This document shows positions 26,774-36,138 of a stretch of 64,000 bases of DNA, piece after piece (within the stretch, counting starts at the first letter, position 1; every line of letters starts with the position of its first letter). Both the position numbers and the translations under genes were made by a program. Source of the stretch: Acidimicrobiaceae bacterium (GTDB taxonomy: Bacteria > Actinomycetota > Acidimicrobiia > Acidimicrobiales > Aldehydirespiratoraceae); NCBI GenBank assembly GCA_028819005.1, contig JAPPMP010000026.1:96-64095 (forward strand), given 5' to 3'. Under the pieces are notes generated by a model, which saw nothing but the letters and a program-made list of their open reading frames with translations, ran no database searches and was not told the origin of the DNA.

Positions 26774-27940
26774 ATGAGCGGCATACAACCCCCGTACAAA
26801 ATTCTCGTAGTCGACGACGAGCCGGATCTGCAGCCGCTCGTGCAGCAGCGAATGCGTCGCTATGTGCGTTCTGGGCAGTATCAGTTCACGTTCGCACAGA
26901 ACGGAGTCGAGGCGCTCGAGTGCCTGCGACAAGACGATGAGATAGTCATCGTCCTGTCTGACATCAACATGCCGAAGATGGACGGACTGGCGCTGCTCGA
27001 CCAGATCCCCAAGGTCAACCCCAATATTCGGTCTGTGATCATCTCCGCGTACGGCGACATGAAGAACATTCGCACGGCGATGAATCGGGGCGCCTTCGAT
27101 TTCGTCACCAAGCCGGTCGACTTCGACGACTTGAAACTCACCATCGATCGGACATTGCAACAGCTGTTGGAATGGCGCGACGCCCTAGGCGCGCGAGACC
27201 GGCTTGTTGCGTTGCAGAACGAGCTCAACGTCGCCTCGCAGATGCAGCAGTCGATCCTTCCGAAGAGTTTCCCGCAAGGTTCCGATTTTGAGATATATGC
27301 CAGCATGAAACCGGCGCGTTCGGTAGGGGGAGACTTCTTCGACGTCATGAGACTCGAAGGAGGAGTGCTCGGCTTGGCGGTGGCCGATGTTTCGGACAAG
27401 GGTGTGCCCGCCGCTCTGTTCATGATGTCGAGCCGGACCTTGCTGAAGGGAGCTGCGATAGGTCTTGGCAAACCGAGCGAGGTGTTGGCAGAGGTCAACA
27501 ATCTGCTTTGCGAGGACAACGAGACAGCCATGTTCGTGACACTCGTCTACGCGGTGTACGACCCGTCCAACCGGAAGTTGACCTTTGCGAACGGCGGCCA
27601 CAACCCCCCTGTTTTGATAGACCGGGACGGCAACGCCACCCGTCTGCCCTTGACCGGGGGTGTGGCTCTGGGTCTGGTGCCTGACCTTGAGTATGAGCAG
27701 ATGAGCGTGACCCTCTCGCCCGGCGATCACGTCATCTTCTACACCGACGGCGTGACCGAAGCCATGAACGAGGCTGAGGAGGAGTTCGGGATGGACCGTT
27801 TGGAGGGCCTCTTCTCGCAGTCCCGTCCATCTGAAGCACGCGTGGTCAACGATGTCATCTTTGATGCAGTCATGGATTTTGCAGGCGACGCCCCGCAGTC
27901 CGACGACATCACTTGCATGACGCTGCGAGCAGAGGGATAG
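26774..27940 (+). CDS. Response regulator (REC) fused to PP2C/SpoIIE serine phosphatase (RsbU/RsbY-like)
   Basis: REC: ILVVDDEPD...LSDINMPKMDG...FVTKP. Phosphatase: PARSVGGDFFDV...LAVADVSDKG...FYTDGVTEA. Confidence 0.9.
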   Translation: MSGIQPPYKILVVDDEPDLQPLVQQRMRRYVRSGQYQFTFAQNGVEALECLRQDDEIVIVLSDINMPKMDGLALLDQIPKVNPNIRSVIISAYGDMKNIRTAMNRGAFDFVTKPVDFDDLKLTIDRTLQQLLEWRDALGARDRLVALQNELNVASQMQQSILPKSFPQGSDFEIYASMKPARSVGGDFFDVMRLEGGVLGLAVADVSDKGVPAALFMMSSRTLLKGAAIGLGKPSEVLAEVNNLLCEDNETAMFVTLVYAVYDPSNRKLTFANGGHNPPVLIDRDGNATRLPLTGGVALGLVPDLEYEQMSVTLSPGDHVIFYTDGVTEAMNEAEEEFGMDRLEGLFSQSRPSEARVVNDVIFDAVMDFAGDAPQSDDITCMTLRAEG

Positions 27941-27956
27941 AGCCATTAGCACCGTC

Positions 27957-28361
27957 TTGTCCCTTGAGCTCGAGAACGATCCTTCGGAACTGGAGCGGAT
28001 GGCCGGCGCCGTCGAGGAATTCGCCGAGCAGCAGGACTGGTCCCCGGAGGTTGTTTTCAAGGTGAACTTGGTGCTTGAAGAGCTGGTCGTCAACGTGATG
28101 ACGCACGGGAGCCATGAGGGGCTTGCAGAGATCGAGGTGACCGTCACCTCCTCTGAAGACCTTGTCTCGATACGGCTCTCAGACAACGGCATCGCTTTCA
28201 ACCCGTTGACTGACGCCCCCGACCCCGAAGTGACGGGCTCGGTCGAAGACCGTCACGTGGGAGGGTTGGGCGTGCATCTGGTGCGCACCATGATGGACGA
28301 AGTCAGCTATCAGCGCGAGAACGGCAGGAACCTTCTGACAATGACGACCCAGAGAAATTAG
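27957..28361 (+). CDS. RsbW/SpoIIAB-type anti-sigma serine kinase (HATPase_c_2)
   Basis: N-box ELVVNVMTHG, G1 DNGIAFNP, G2 GGLGVHLV. 134 aa. TTG start. Confidence 0.8.
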   Translation: MSLELENDPSELERMAGAVEEFAEQQDWSPEVVFKVNLVLEELVVNVMTHGSHEGLAEIEVTVTSSEDLVSIRLSDNGIAFNPLTDAPDPEVTGSVEDRHVGGLGVHLVRTMMDEVSYQRENGRNLLTMTTQRN

Positions 28362-28384
28362 CCTGACAGCGCCATGGTGGTCTG

Positions 28385-29677
28385 GTGATGGAGGAGAGTT
28401 GCCGCTCATCAAGACGCATGATCGCAGTCCTGGCTGTGGCGTGGATGCTGGTCGTTGCAAGTTGTTCTTCGTCGGGAGAGAACGGCTCGAGCAACGGCAC
28501 GCCCACCACTGCGCCGTCGACGGCTGCCACATCGAGTCCCACTGACGACGCTCCGACTCAAGGTGTTCTCAGCGCGGCGCCGGGGGTCTTCGAGGACCGC
28601 GTGGTGTTCGGGCAGTCGGCTGCCTTCAGCGGCCCGGCAGAGGACCTCGGAAACGGCATGCGGCTGGGTATTGAGACTGCTTTTGAAGAGGTGAACCAAA
28701 GCGGCGGCGTCTATGGACGCCGTCTCGAACTGGTGTCCTTCGACGATGCCTACGAACCCGAAGCCGCCATCGACAACACCCAGCGGCTGATCAACAACGA
28801 CGATGTGTTCGCCCTGATCGGCGCGGTCGGGACGCCCACCTCGCGATCCGCGGTGCCTGTCGCCACCGCTGCTGAGATTCCGTACCTCGCGCCGTTCACC
28901 GGGGCCGCGTTCCTGCGCGATCCGCAGCAGAGCATCGTGTTCAATCTGCGAGCCTCCTACAACCAGGAGACCGAGGAGATGGTGGATCGCCTGGTCTCTG
29001 AATTGGGCATCGAACGGATCGCGGTGATGTACCAAGACGACTCCTTCGGCCAAGCCGGATACAACGGCGCGCGGGCGGCTCTCGACCGCCGCGGCATGGA
29101 AGCCGTGTCTGTGGGCCTGTACCCGCGTAACACGACCGCCGTGAAGACCGGACTGCTGGATCTCAAACAGGGAGATCCCCAAGGCGTGATCGTGATCGGC
29201 GCATACCAACCAGTGGCGTGGCTGATCCGCTGGGCGCGCGAGACAGGCATGAACGCGGTGTTCGTCACGATCTCGTTCGTGGGCAGCAATGCGCTGGCGC
29301 AGGAACTGGGGCCCGACGGCGCCGGCGTGTTGACGACCCAGGTTGTGCCTTTCCCGACTGATGCGGACGTCCCGGTGGTGGCCTCCTACCTCGACGCCTT
29401 GGGGGCGTACCACCCCGAAGCTGTGCCAGGATTCGTTTCTCTGGAGGGATACCTTGCGGGCCGGTTGGCCATCGCAGCTCTGGAGAGTTGCGGGCGGAGC
29501 GTCGACAGGGAGTGCTTCTCGGATCGTTTCGCCTCCTCTGAAACCATCGATATCGACGGATTCGCACTGCACTATGGGGAAGACGACAACCAGGGTTCAG
29601 ACCAGGTGTTCTGGACCGTGATCGATGAGAACGGCGAGTATCGTCCTCTCAGCAACTGGCAGGACATAGCGCCATGA
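28385..29677 (+). CDS. Periplasmic-binding-protein type I lipoprotein (LivJ/branched-chain amino acid binding-like)
   Basis: Signal peptide with lipobox LVVASC. GQSAAFSGPAEDLG and the overall pattern are typical of Peripla_BP_6 solute-binding proteins. Confidence 0.75.
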   Translation: MMEESCRSSRRMIAVLAVAWMLVVASCSSSGENGSSNGTPTTAPSTAATSSPTDDAPTQGVLSAAPGVFEDRVVFGQSAAFSGPAEDLGNGMRLGIETAFEEVNQSGGVYGRRLELVSFDDAYEPEAAIDNTQRLINNDDVFALIGAVGTPTSRSAVPVATAAEIPYLAPFTGAAFLRDPQQSIVFNLRASYNQETEEMVDRLVSELGIERIAVMYQDDSFGQAGYNGARAALDRRGMEAVSVGLYPRNTTAVKTGLLDLKQGDPQGVIVIGAYQPVAWLIRWARETGMNAVFVTISFVGSNALAQELGPDGAGVLTTQVVPFPTDADVPVVASYLDALGAYHPEAVPGFVSLEGYLAGRLAIAALESCGRSVDRECFSDRFASSETIDIDGFALHYGEDDNQGSDQVFWTVIDENGEYRPLSNWQDIAP

Positions 29678-31875
29678 GAGACTGGCTCAAGCGAATAGCC
29701 GAGAGCCGTTTTCGTGTCTCGACCCGCCTGTATTCGGTCATCGGCACGGCTGTCGTGTTGACTGTCGCAGCCAGTCTGGTCGGTTGGTTCTCCATCAATC
29801 GGGTCGGAGATGTTCAAGAGCGGGTCAACGAAGGCAGCGTGCCGGCCATGGCGGTTGCTTTCAGTGTCGCCCAGTACAGCGGTGAGCTGATCTCCGCATC
29901 GCCTCGCATCGCCGCGGCCACCCCGGAAGACCTTGATTCTGTGGCGGCGAGCATCAACGAGACTTACGCCGCGTTCGATTCGGAACTGGTGGCTCTGGAG
30001 TCGGCGGCTATGCGACCCGGCCAGAATCAACTGGTAAGGGGTCTCGGAGTCACGTTCCGCTCGAACATCGAGGAGATCAAGTTCGACCGTCTCGAGCTGT
30101 TCCAGCTCGACGACCTGAAGTCCGGCCTTCAAGCACAACTCGACGAATTGCGCGCGGAGATCGACGCCGCTCTGATCCCGGCCCTCGACGATCAGTTCTT
30201 CTTCCTGATGACCGGGTACCGGGATCTCGACGAGCCACCCAGTTCTCGTGCTGAGCACCTGTCCGAGGAAGAACTGCGGAAGTTCCGCTTCCTGTCCGAG
30301 CTTCAGGCCAACGCCAACATCTCCACCCAACTGCTCGCGAGCGCCTTCGGTTTGTCCGACGCCTCGACTATTGAGCCGTTGCGCGAACGCTTCGAGGCGT
30401 CGTCGGCCCGCATCCAGCAGAACATCTCTCAGATGAGGGAGAGCGACCCGCTCTTGGCTGATGAGTTCGATCGGCTGTTCGAAAGGCTGTTTGCGTTGGG
30501 CGGGGACCAGGGCGGGTTCGATCTGCGCGAATCCGAACTGCGTTTGCTGCAGTCCCAAGAGGAACTCCTCAATCGCAACCGTACAGTCGCCGCAGATCTC
30601 CTCGACAATGTGAACTCGCTGGTCGGAGCCGCCGAGATCAGCGTTCAGGAGGCGACCCAGGCTTCTGAGAACGCGATCTTGACCGGCCAGACCCTGCTGC
30701 TGGCGATCAGCGCGATCAGCATCGTCGGTGGTCTGTTGATGATCTATCAGGTTGGACGGGTGCTTCTGCGTCGCCTGGCGCGTCTGTCGGACTGGATGCG
30801 CGGCATGGCCAAAGGCAATTTGGAGCTCACGGCCGACGTCGGAGGACGCGACGAGATAGCGGACATGGGCGCGGCCGTCGAGGTGTTCCGCCAGCACGCT
30901 CTGGAAGTGCAGAGACTCAACTTGGTCGAACTGTTGGCAGAGGAACTGCAGGAGAAGAACGCCCAGCTCGAAGAAGTGCTGGCCGACCTGCAACGGGCGC
31001 AAGATCAGATAGTCATGCGGGAGAAGTTGGCCGCGCTCGGTGAGTTGACGGCGGGTGTGGCACACGAGATCAAGAACCCTCTGAATTTCGTCAAGAACTT
31101 CTCGGAGGCGTCGGAGGAACTGATTGAGGAGTTGAACGAGATCCTCGAGGAGATCGGCGACAGCATTTCAGCGGATCAGAAGTCATGGATCGCTGAGATC
31201 AAGGGCGACCTCGGCGACAACCTCGAGAGGATTCGCTCCCACGGAGATCGTGCCAACCGGATCGTGACCGACATGCTCTCGATGGGTCGGGACACGGGCG
31301 AATGGCAGATGGCAAACATCAACGACCTCCTTGAGGAGCATGCCCGTCTGGCCTATCACTCGGCGCGTGCCACCGACTCAGAGTTCCAGCTCGATCTGCA
31401 GCATGACCTCGACGAGTCGGTGGGGGAGATGAGGATCATTCCCCGAGATCTGAGCCGGGTGTTCTTGAACATGGTGGGCAACGCCTGTGACGCCACCGAC
31501 GAGAAGCGGCGCCAGATCTGGGGCGCTTCAGAGGAGGACGAACCCTACGGAGAGTCGTATTCTCCGACGTTGTGGGTCAGCACCCGACGCACTGAGGATC
31601 AAGTCGAGATCCGGATCAAGGACAACGGCAACGGCATCCCCCCCGACGTCGCCGACAAGATCTTCAACCCGTTCTTCACGACCAAGCCCACCGATCGGGG
31701 TACTGGGCTGGGTCTTGCCATTTCCAGCGACATTGTGCGCCAACACGGTGGAACGATCAGCGTGGACTCCGAGATCGGCGAGTACACCGAGATGCTCATC
31801 ACCCTGCCCACCGAGCTGCCAGAAGAACCAACTCCGGCTCCTTCCCAAGAAGTCGACGCGTCCGCGGCCACATAA
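29674..31875 (+). CDS. Sensor histidine kinase (TM - helical periplasmic domain - TM - HAMP - coiled coil - HisKA - HATPase_c)
   Basis: H-box LTAGVAHEIKNPLNF, N-box NMVGNACDA, G-boxes KDNGNGIP and GTGLGLAIS. ATGA overlap with the binding-protein gene. Confidence 0.9.
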   Translation: MRDWLKRIAESRFRVSTRLYSVIGTAVVLTVAASLVGWFSINRVGDVQERVNEGSVPAMAVAFSVAQYSGELISASPRIAAATPEDLDSVAASINETYAAFDSELVALESAAMRPGQNQLVRGLGVTFRSNIEEIKFDRLELFQLDDLKSGLQAQLDELRAEIDAALIPALDDQFFFLMTGYRDLDEPPSSRAEHLSEEELRKFRFLSELQANANISTQLLASAFGLSDASTIEPLRERFEASSARIQQNISQMRESDPLLADEFDRLFERLFALGGDQGGFDLRESELRLLQSQEELLNRNRTVAADLLDNVNSLVGAAEISVQEATQASENAILTGQTLLLAISAISIVGGLLMIYQVGRVLLRRLARLSDWMRGMAKGNLELTADVGGRDEIADMGAAVEVFRQHALEVQRLNLVELLAEELQEKNAQLEEVLADLQRAQDQIVMREKLAALGELTAGVAHEIKNPLNFVKNFSEASEELIEELNEILEEIGDSISADQKSWIAEIKGDLGDNLERIRSHGDRANRIVTDMLSMGRDTGEWQMANINDLLEEHARLAYHSARATDSEFQLDLQHDLDESVGEMRIIPRDLSRVFLNMVGNACDATDEKRRQIWGASEEDEPYGESYSPTLWVSTRRTEDQVEIRIKDNGNGIPPDVADKIFNPFFTTKPTDRGTGLGLAISSDIVRQHGGTISVDSEIGEYTEMLITLPTELPEEPTPAPSQEVDASAAT

Positions 31876-32976
31876 ATGGCCGATGGTCGCGTCGGCGCCA
31901 TCGTCGAGCAATGCTGGCATCGTGTTCCAGGCGGCACCGCTGTCTCGGCGGTCCTGAGCCTGGCGGCTCTGGCGCGGCACTCCGATTGGGAGGTCGTCGG
32001 AATAGCAGCCTCGCATCGCGGTCCTCCCGGCGAGTTGGCGGTTCCGCCCGTCGAGGTGTGTCACATGGGGTTGGGACGTGTGGCTCTGTACGAAGCCTGG
32101 CACCGGTTCCGCAGGCCGAGCATCCAGTCGCGTGCCGGACGTCTCGATGTAGTGCACGCGACCGGAGGCGTGATTCCGCCGTCAGGCGACGCGGCGTTGG
32201 TGGTCACACTCCATGATCTCGCGTTCCTTCACCATCCCGAGCATTTCAACCGACGAGGCGTTGCTTTCATGAGCCGTGCCTTCGAGTTGGCTAAACGGCA
32301 TGCGGATGCGGTTCTGGTGCCGTCGGAGCACACGGCGGACGATTGTGCATCCCATGGTCTCTCGGCGGACCGGCTCAGTGTTGTCCCGTGGGGCGTCACT
32401 GCGCGGGCGGTGGGCGAGCGGGACCGCTCCGAGGTGCGGTCCCGTTATCGCCTTCCCCCGCGATTCCTGTTGTGGGCCGGCACCATTGAGCCCCGCAAGA
32501 ATCTCAAGTCTCTGGTCTCAGCGGTGGCGCAGTCCCAGACGCGTCTGCCGCTGCTTCTCGTCGGCCCCGGCGGTTGGGGAGTCGACGCAGCTGGGCTGAC
32601 CGCCGGTTCCGCTGTGGAGGTGCGCCACCTCGGCTCCGTTCCGGGCGATGATCTCAGAGTGCTGTACGACTTGGCCGATGTGTTCGTCTACCCGAGTCTC
32701 ATGGAGGGTTTCGGAATGCCCGTGCTGGAGGCGATGGCCCAAGGAACGGCCGTGGTCACCAGCGGCGGCACCGCCACGGGCGAAGTTGCAGGGTCTGCGG
32801 GGGTGCTGGTCGATCCGACCAGTGTCGATTCGATCGCCGCAGGCATCGACTCGGTTGCCGGAGACGACGCGCTCCGTGAGGAGCTGGGGACCGCCGGTGC
32901 GCAGAGGGCAGGGACCATGACCTGGGAACGCACTGCCGCAGAGATCGCCGTGGTGTACAACGGGGTGCTCAAGTGA
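31876..32976 (+). CDS. Glycosyltransferase family 4
   Basis: LMEGFGMPVLEAMAQGTAVVTS. The ATG directly abuts the kinase TAA stop. Confidence 0.85.
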   Translation: MADGRVGAIVEQCWHRVPGGTAVSAVLSLAALARHSDWEVVGIAASHRGPPGELAVPPVEVCHMGLGRVALYEAWHRFRRPSIQSRAGRLDVVHATGGVIPPSGDAALVVTLHDLAFLHHPEHFNRRGVAFMSRAFELAKRHADAVLVPSEHTADDCASHGLSADRLSVVPWGVTARAVGERDRSEVRSRYRLPPRFLLWAGTIEPRKNLKSLVSAVAQSQTRLPLLLVGPGGWGVDAAGLTAGSAVEVRHLGSVPGDDLRVLYDLADVFVYPSLMEGFGMPVLEAMAQGTAVVTSGGTATGEVAGSAGVLVDPTSVDSIAAGIDSVAGDDALREELGTAGAQRAGTMTWERTAAEIAVVYNGVLK

Positions 32977-34067
32977 TCTCGGTTGCGGTCAACCTCGCCT
33001 GGCTGGTGCCCGGCGGCGTCGGCGGGAGTGAGGAGTACACGACCCGGCTGCTCGCTTCGGTCGTGCGCAGCGCCCCGGACGATCTTGCACTCGAGATTGT
33101 CGCCTCAAAGCGGTTGCAGCAGAGCTGTCCGTGGATGGCGGCGCTGCCGTTCGCCCCGCTTGCGGGTCCTTTGAGCATCCGCGGGTTCCGGATCCTGGCC
33201 GAATCGACTCAGGTTCATCGAGCTACGCGCAGCGCCGACGTCGTGCACCATTTCGGCGGGCGCCTGCCGGCTGTCCGAAACCCCCGGGCAGTCCTGACGA
33301 TTCACGATTTGCAGCCCCTGGACATGCCCGAGAACTTCAGCCGGGCGAAGCGCCGGTATCTGCGGTGGGCTGTGCAACGTTCGGCGTCCGCGGCGTCGTT
33401 GATCTGCACTCCGTCGAGATGGGTCGCGGAGTCTGTTGAAGAAACGCTCGGTGTTGGTCCAGACAAGATTCGGGTGGTGTCGTCGACTTGGGATCCAGCA
33501 CCGGCTGCACATGACGACCCAGAGATCGCTGAACTGGGCGACGGTCCCGTGGTGCTGTATCCAGCTGCCACGCATCCCCACAAGAATCACCTGACATTGC
33601 TTCAGGCTGTCGATCGCCTCGCTGATCGCCACCGCGACCTGACTCTGGTGCTCACCGGCGGTGGCGGCAGGGCTGAAGCCGGGGTTGCCTCGAGGGTCGC
33701 CAGAGCACGGGTTCGGGTGCGGCGCCTCGGCCGGGTGAGCCCCTCGATGCTGTCGGCACTGATTCGACGAGCTGATGTGCTGGCGTTTCCGTCGCGTTAT
33801 GAGGGTTTCGGCCTGCCTCTGCTCGAGGCTATGCATTCGGGCACTCCGGTTGTCGCCGGCGACAACAGCGCCATGCCCGAGGTGGTGGCGGACGCCGGGC
33901 TCCTGCTCGCCGCAGACGAACCGGCCATGTGGGCCGACGCCATCGACGAGATCGTCACAGACAGCTCATTGGCGAGTCGTCTGAGTGCTGCAGGGAGAGC
34001 GCGCGCTGAACGTTACGCCCCGGCTTCTGCGGCTGCACGACTGGTTGATGCGTGGCGGAGCCTCTGA
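32973..34067 (+). CDS. Glycosyltransferase family 4
   Basis: YEGFGLPLLEAMHSGTPVVAG. GTGA overlap with the upstream gene. Confidence 0.85.
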   Translation: MISVAVNLAWLVPGGVGGSEEYTTRLLASVVRSAPDDLALEIVASKRLQQSCPWMAALPFAPLAGPLSIRGFRILAESTQVHRATRSADVVHHFGGRLPAVRNPRAVLTIHDLQPLDMPENFSRAKRRYLRWAVQRSASAASLICTPSRWVAESVEETLGVGPDKIRVVSSTWDPAPAAHDDPEIAELGDGPVVLYPAATHPHKNHLTLLQAVDRLADRHRDLTLVLTGGGGRAEAGVASRVARARVRVRRLGRVSPSMLSALIRRADVLAFPSRYEGFGLPLLEAMHSGTPVVAGDNSAMPEVVADAGLLLAADEPAMWADAIDEIVTDSSLASRLSAAGRARAERYAPASAAARLVDAWRSL

Positions 34068-35305
34068 TGCGGATTCAGGTCGTCTGTCCCCATTTCGAAC
34101 CCGATGCAGCTCCGACCGGGGTGGTGATGAGCGAGATCGTCCGCGGGCTCGTGTCACGCGGCCACGAAGTCGACGTTGTGACGTCGCTCCCCTGGTATCC
34201 GGAGCATGCGGTGGATGAGGCTTGGAAGGGTCGGATCATTCGCAAAGAGACGACTCGGTGGGGTTCGACAACCCGCGTCTACCCCTTCCCTGCCGACAAG
34301 GGCAGTATCGCGGCGCGGGCCTTCGGTTTCGCTGGATTCACCGCATTGGCCTGCCTCTGCTCGTTGAGCAGGCGGCGACGCCCGGAAGTGGTCATGGCGA
34401 TGTCGCCTCCGTTGACGCTCGGCTTGGCCGCCTGGCTGACAGCGAGGCTGCGCCGAGCACCTTTCGTGTTCAACGTCCAGGATGTTTTCCCCGATGTCGC
34501 CGTGGCAGTCGGAGCGATTTCGAATCAACGCGTGATCCGCCTGCTCGAAGGGTTGGAGCGGTTCGTGTACCGCCGTGCCGATGCGGTAACGGTGCTTTCT
34601 GAGGATCTCCGCGTCAACGTCGAATCGAAGATCGCCGACCGAACAGCGGGCGATCGCGTCGGCGACAAGGTTCGCATCATCCCGAACTTCGTCGACGTCG
34701 AGCGAATCCGACCCCAGGAGCGTGACAATGCCTACCGGTCCGAGTTCGGCTTGGGCGCCCGAACTGTTGTCATGTACGCAGGCAATCTCGGGTTCTCCCA
34801 GCCGCTTGAACTGATGGTTGAAGCGGCGCGCTCGTTGGCGGACCGCGATGATGTGGCCTTTGTCATCAACGGCGGCGGTTCGAGGCGACAGGAGCTCGAG
34901 GTGCTCGCCCGCGGACTCGACAACCTGTTGTTTGTCGACTACCAGCCGGTGGAACGGCTCGGCGAGGTTCTTGCCGCCGGTGATGTGCATGTCATCGCTC
35001 TGCGACGTGGGCTTGGCAGGTCGTCGGTGCCCTCGAAGCTCTATTCGGTCCTGGCGGCCGGACGCGCAGTGCTGGCCTCGGTTGATTCCGGCACTGAGGT
35101 GGCGACCGTGGTTTCTTCGCAACGGGCGGGGCTGGTGGTTGCGCCTCAGGATCAGGAGGCCTTCACCGCTGCTGTGCTGGACCTGGTCGACAATGCCGAC
35201 CTAGCTGCGATGGGTTCTGCGGGGAGGCAGTTCGTGCTGCAATGGGCGTCGCCCGATGGGGTGGCCGAGGCGTACGCAGATCTCTTTGCCGAGTTGACGA
35301 GTTGA
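34067..35305 (+). CDS. Glycosyltransferase family 4, WcaI/WbuB-like
   Basis: MRIQVVCPHFEPDAAPTGVVMSEI N-terminus and NVQDVFPD are typical of the WcaI subgroup. Start at ATG 34067 (TGATG junction). Confidence 0.8.
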   Translation: MRIQVVCPHFEPDAAPTGVVMSEIVRGLVSRGHEVDVVTSLPWYPEHAVDEAWKGRIIRKETTRWGSTTRVYPFPADKGSIAARAFGFAGFTALACLCSLSRRRRPEVVMAMSPPLTLGLAAWLTARLRRAPFVFNVQDVFPDVAVAVGAISNQRVIRLLEGLERFVYRRADAVTVLSEDLRVNVESKIADRTAGDRVGDKVRIIPNFVDVERIRPQERDNAYRSEFGLGARTVVMYAGNLGFSQPLELMVEAARSLADRDDVAFVINGGGSRRQELEVLARGLDNLLFVDYQPVERLGEVLAAGDVHVIALRRGLGRSSVPSKLYSVLAAGRAVLASVDSGTEVATVVSSQRAGLVVAPQDQEAFTAAVLDLVDNADLAAMGSAGRQFVLQWASPDGVAEAYADLFAELTS

Positions 35306-35408
35306 AACGCGCGCGTTGAGCTGAGATTCGCTGATCGTCACAGGCCCCGACCAGCGAATCGGATGCTGCGCGCCGTTCGTCGTTGCTTCAGCGCTAGCGT
35401 AATGGCTC

Positions 35409-36128
35409 GTGGCAAAGGCAAGTTCGTCAAAAAAGGTTCAACGTGCGGCTCGGGCCGCGGCCTCTTCGAAAGGTGCTTCAGAGCGCCGTCAACTCGGTTT
35501 TCCGCTCGTCGTGGCCTTGGTCGTGGTGCTCGGGGTTGTGCTGGTGATTGCCGCCCGCGGTTCGCGTGACCCTGTGACTTCGCCGACGACTGCCGACCAT
35601 TGGCACTCGGCGTACTCGATTTATGACTGCGGTGTGCTGATGCCGGTCCTCCAAGGCCAGGTCGACCCGGACGGCATCCACAGCCACGGCGACTCGTTGA
35701 TCCATATTCACCCTTACAACAGTTCGGCGACAGGCGAAGACGCCCGTCTCGGCGTCTTTCTGGAAACCATGAACGCGTCGATCGATGTAGACGGAATCTT
35801 CGCTGAGAACGGTGAGTTCGCCCCGATCCTCACCGAGGACGGCTGTGATGGCCGACCGGCGGTTGTCAAGGTCGCCCGCTGGAACATCGGAGCGGCCGGC
35901 GGGCCCGAGATCGTAGAGGTGTACGAAGACGACTTCGACGACATTCGCCTGCTTGAAGACGGCGAGGGCTTCACCTTCGCTCTGGTTGCGGAGGGCGAGG
36001 ACCCCCCTCCTCCGGGCTCGGATGTGATCACATCTCTCGTGGGCGTCGGGTCGGAGATTCAGTGGGAGACCACAGATCCCATCACCGACGACACTCCTGT
36101 CGACACGCCGGACGGGAGTGACGGCTAG
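35409..36128 (+). CDS. Hypothetical membrane-anchored extracytoplasmic protein with His-rich motifs
   Basis: Basic N-terminus, single TM (FPLVVALVVVLGVVLVIAA), then HWH...HSHGD...HIHP and an acidic C-terminus. GTG start. Confidence 0.55.
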   Translation: MAKASSSKKVQRAARAAASSKGASERRQLGFPLVVALVVVLGVVLVIAARGSRDPVTSPTTADHWHSAYSIYDCGVLMPVLQGQVDPDGIHSHGDSLIHIHPYNSSATGEDARLGVFLETMNASIDVDGIFAENGEFAPILTEDGCDGRPAVVKVARWNIGAAGGPEIVEVYEDDFDDIRLLEDGEGFTFALVAEGEDPPPPGSDVITSLVGVGSEIQWETTDPITDDTPVDTPDGSDG

Positions 36129-36138
36129 GGGGGATGCC

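Noticed and set aside
29572-31065. Long antisense ORFs, e.g. 29572..31065 (497 aa), 5801..7195, 20997..22277, 28409..29572, 42376..43518, 55304..56980, 58846..59772
   Set aside because: Each lies opposite a gene with clear family motifs. All are Arg/Pro/His/Gly-rich with no recognisable domains. These are typical shadow ORFs of high-GC DNA.
35306-35359. Palindrome AACGCGCGCGTT (35306-35317) and hairpin ATTCGCTG-N18-CAGCGAAT (35326-35359) as the terminator of the GT4 operon
   Set aside because: Plausible by position, but there is no U-tract, the loop is large, and the first palindrome has no loop. The evidence is too weak to list as a feature.
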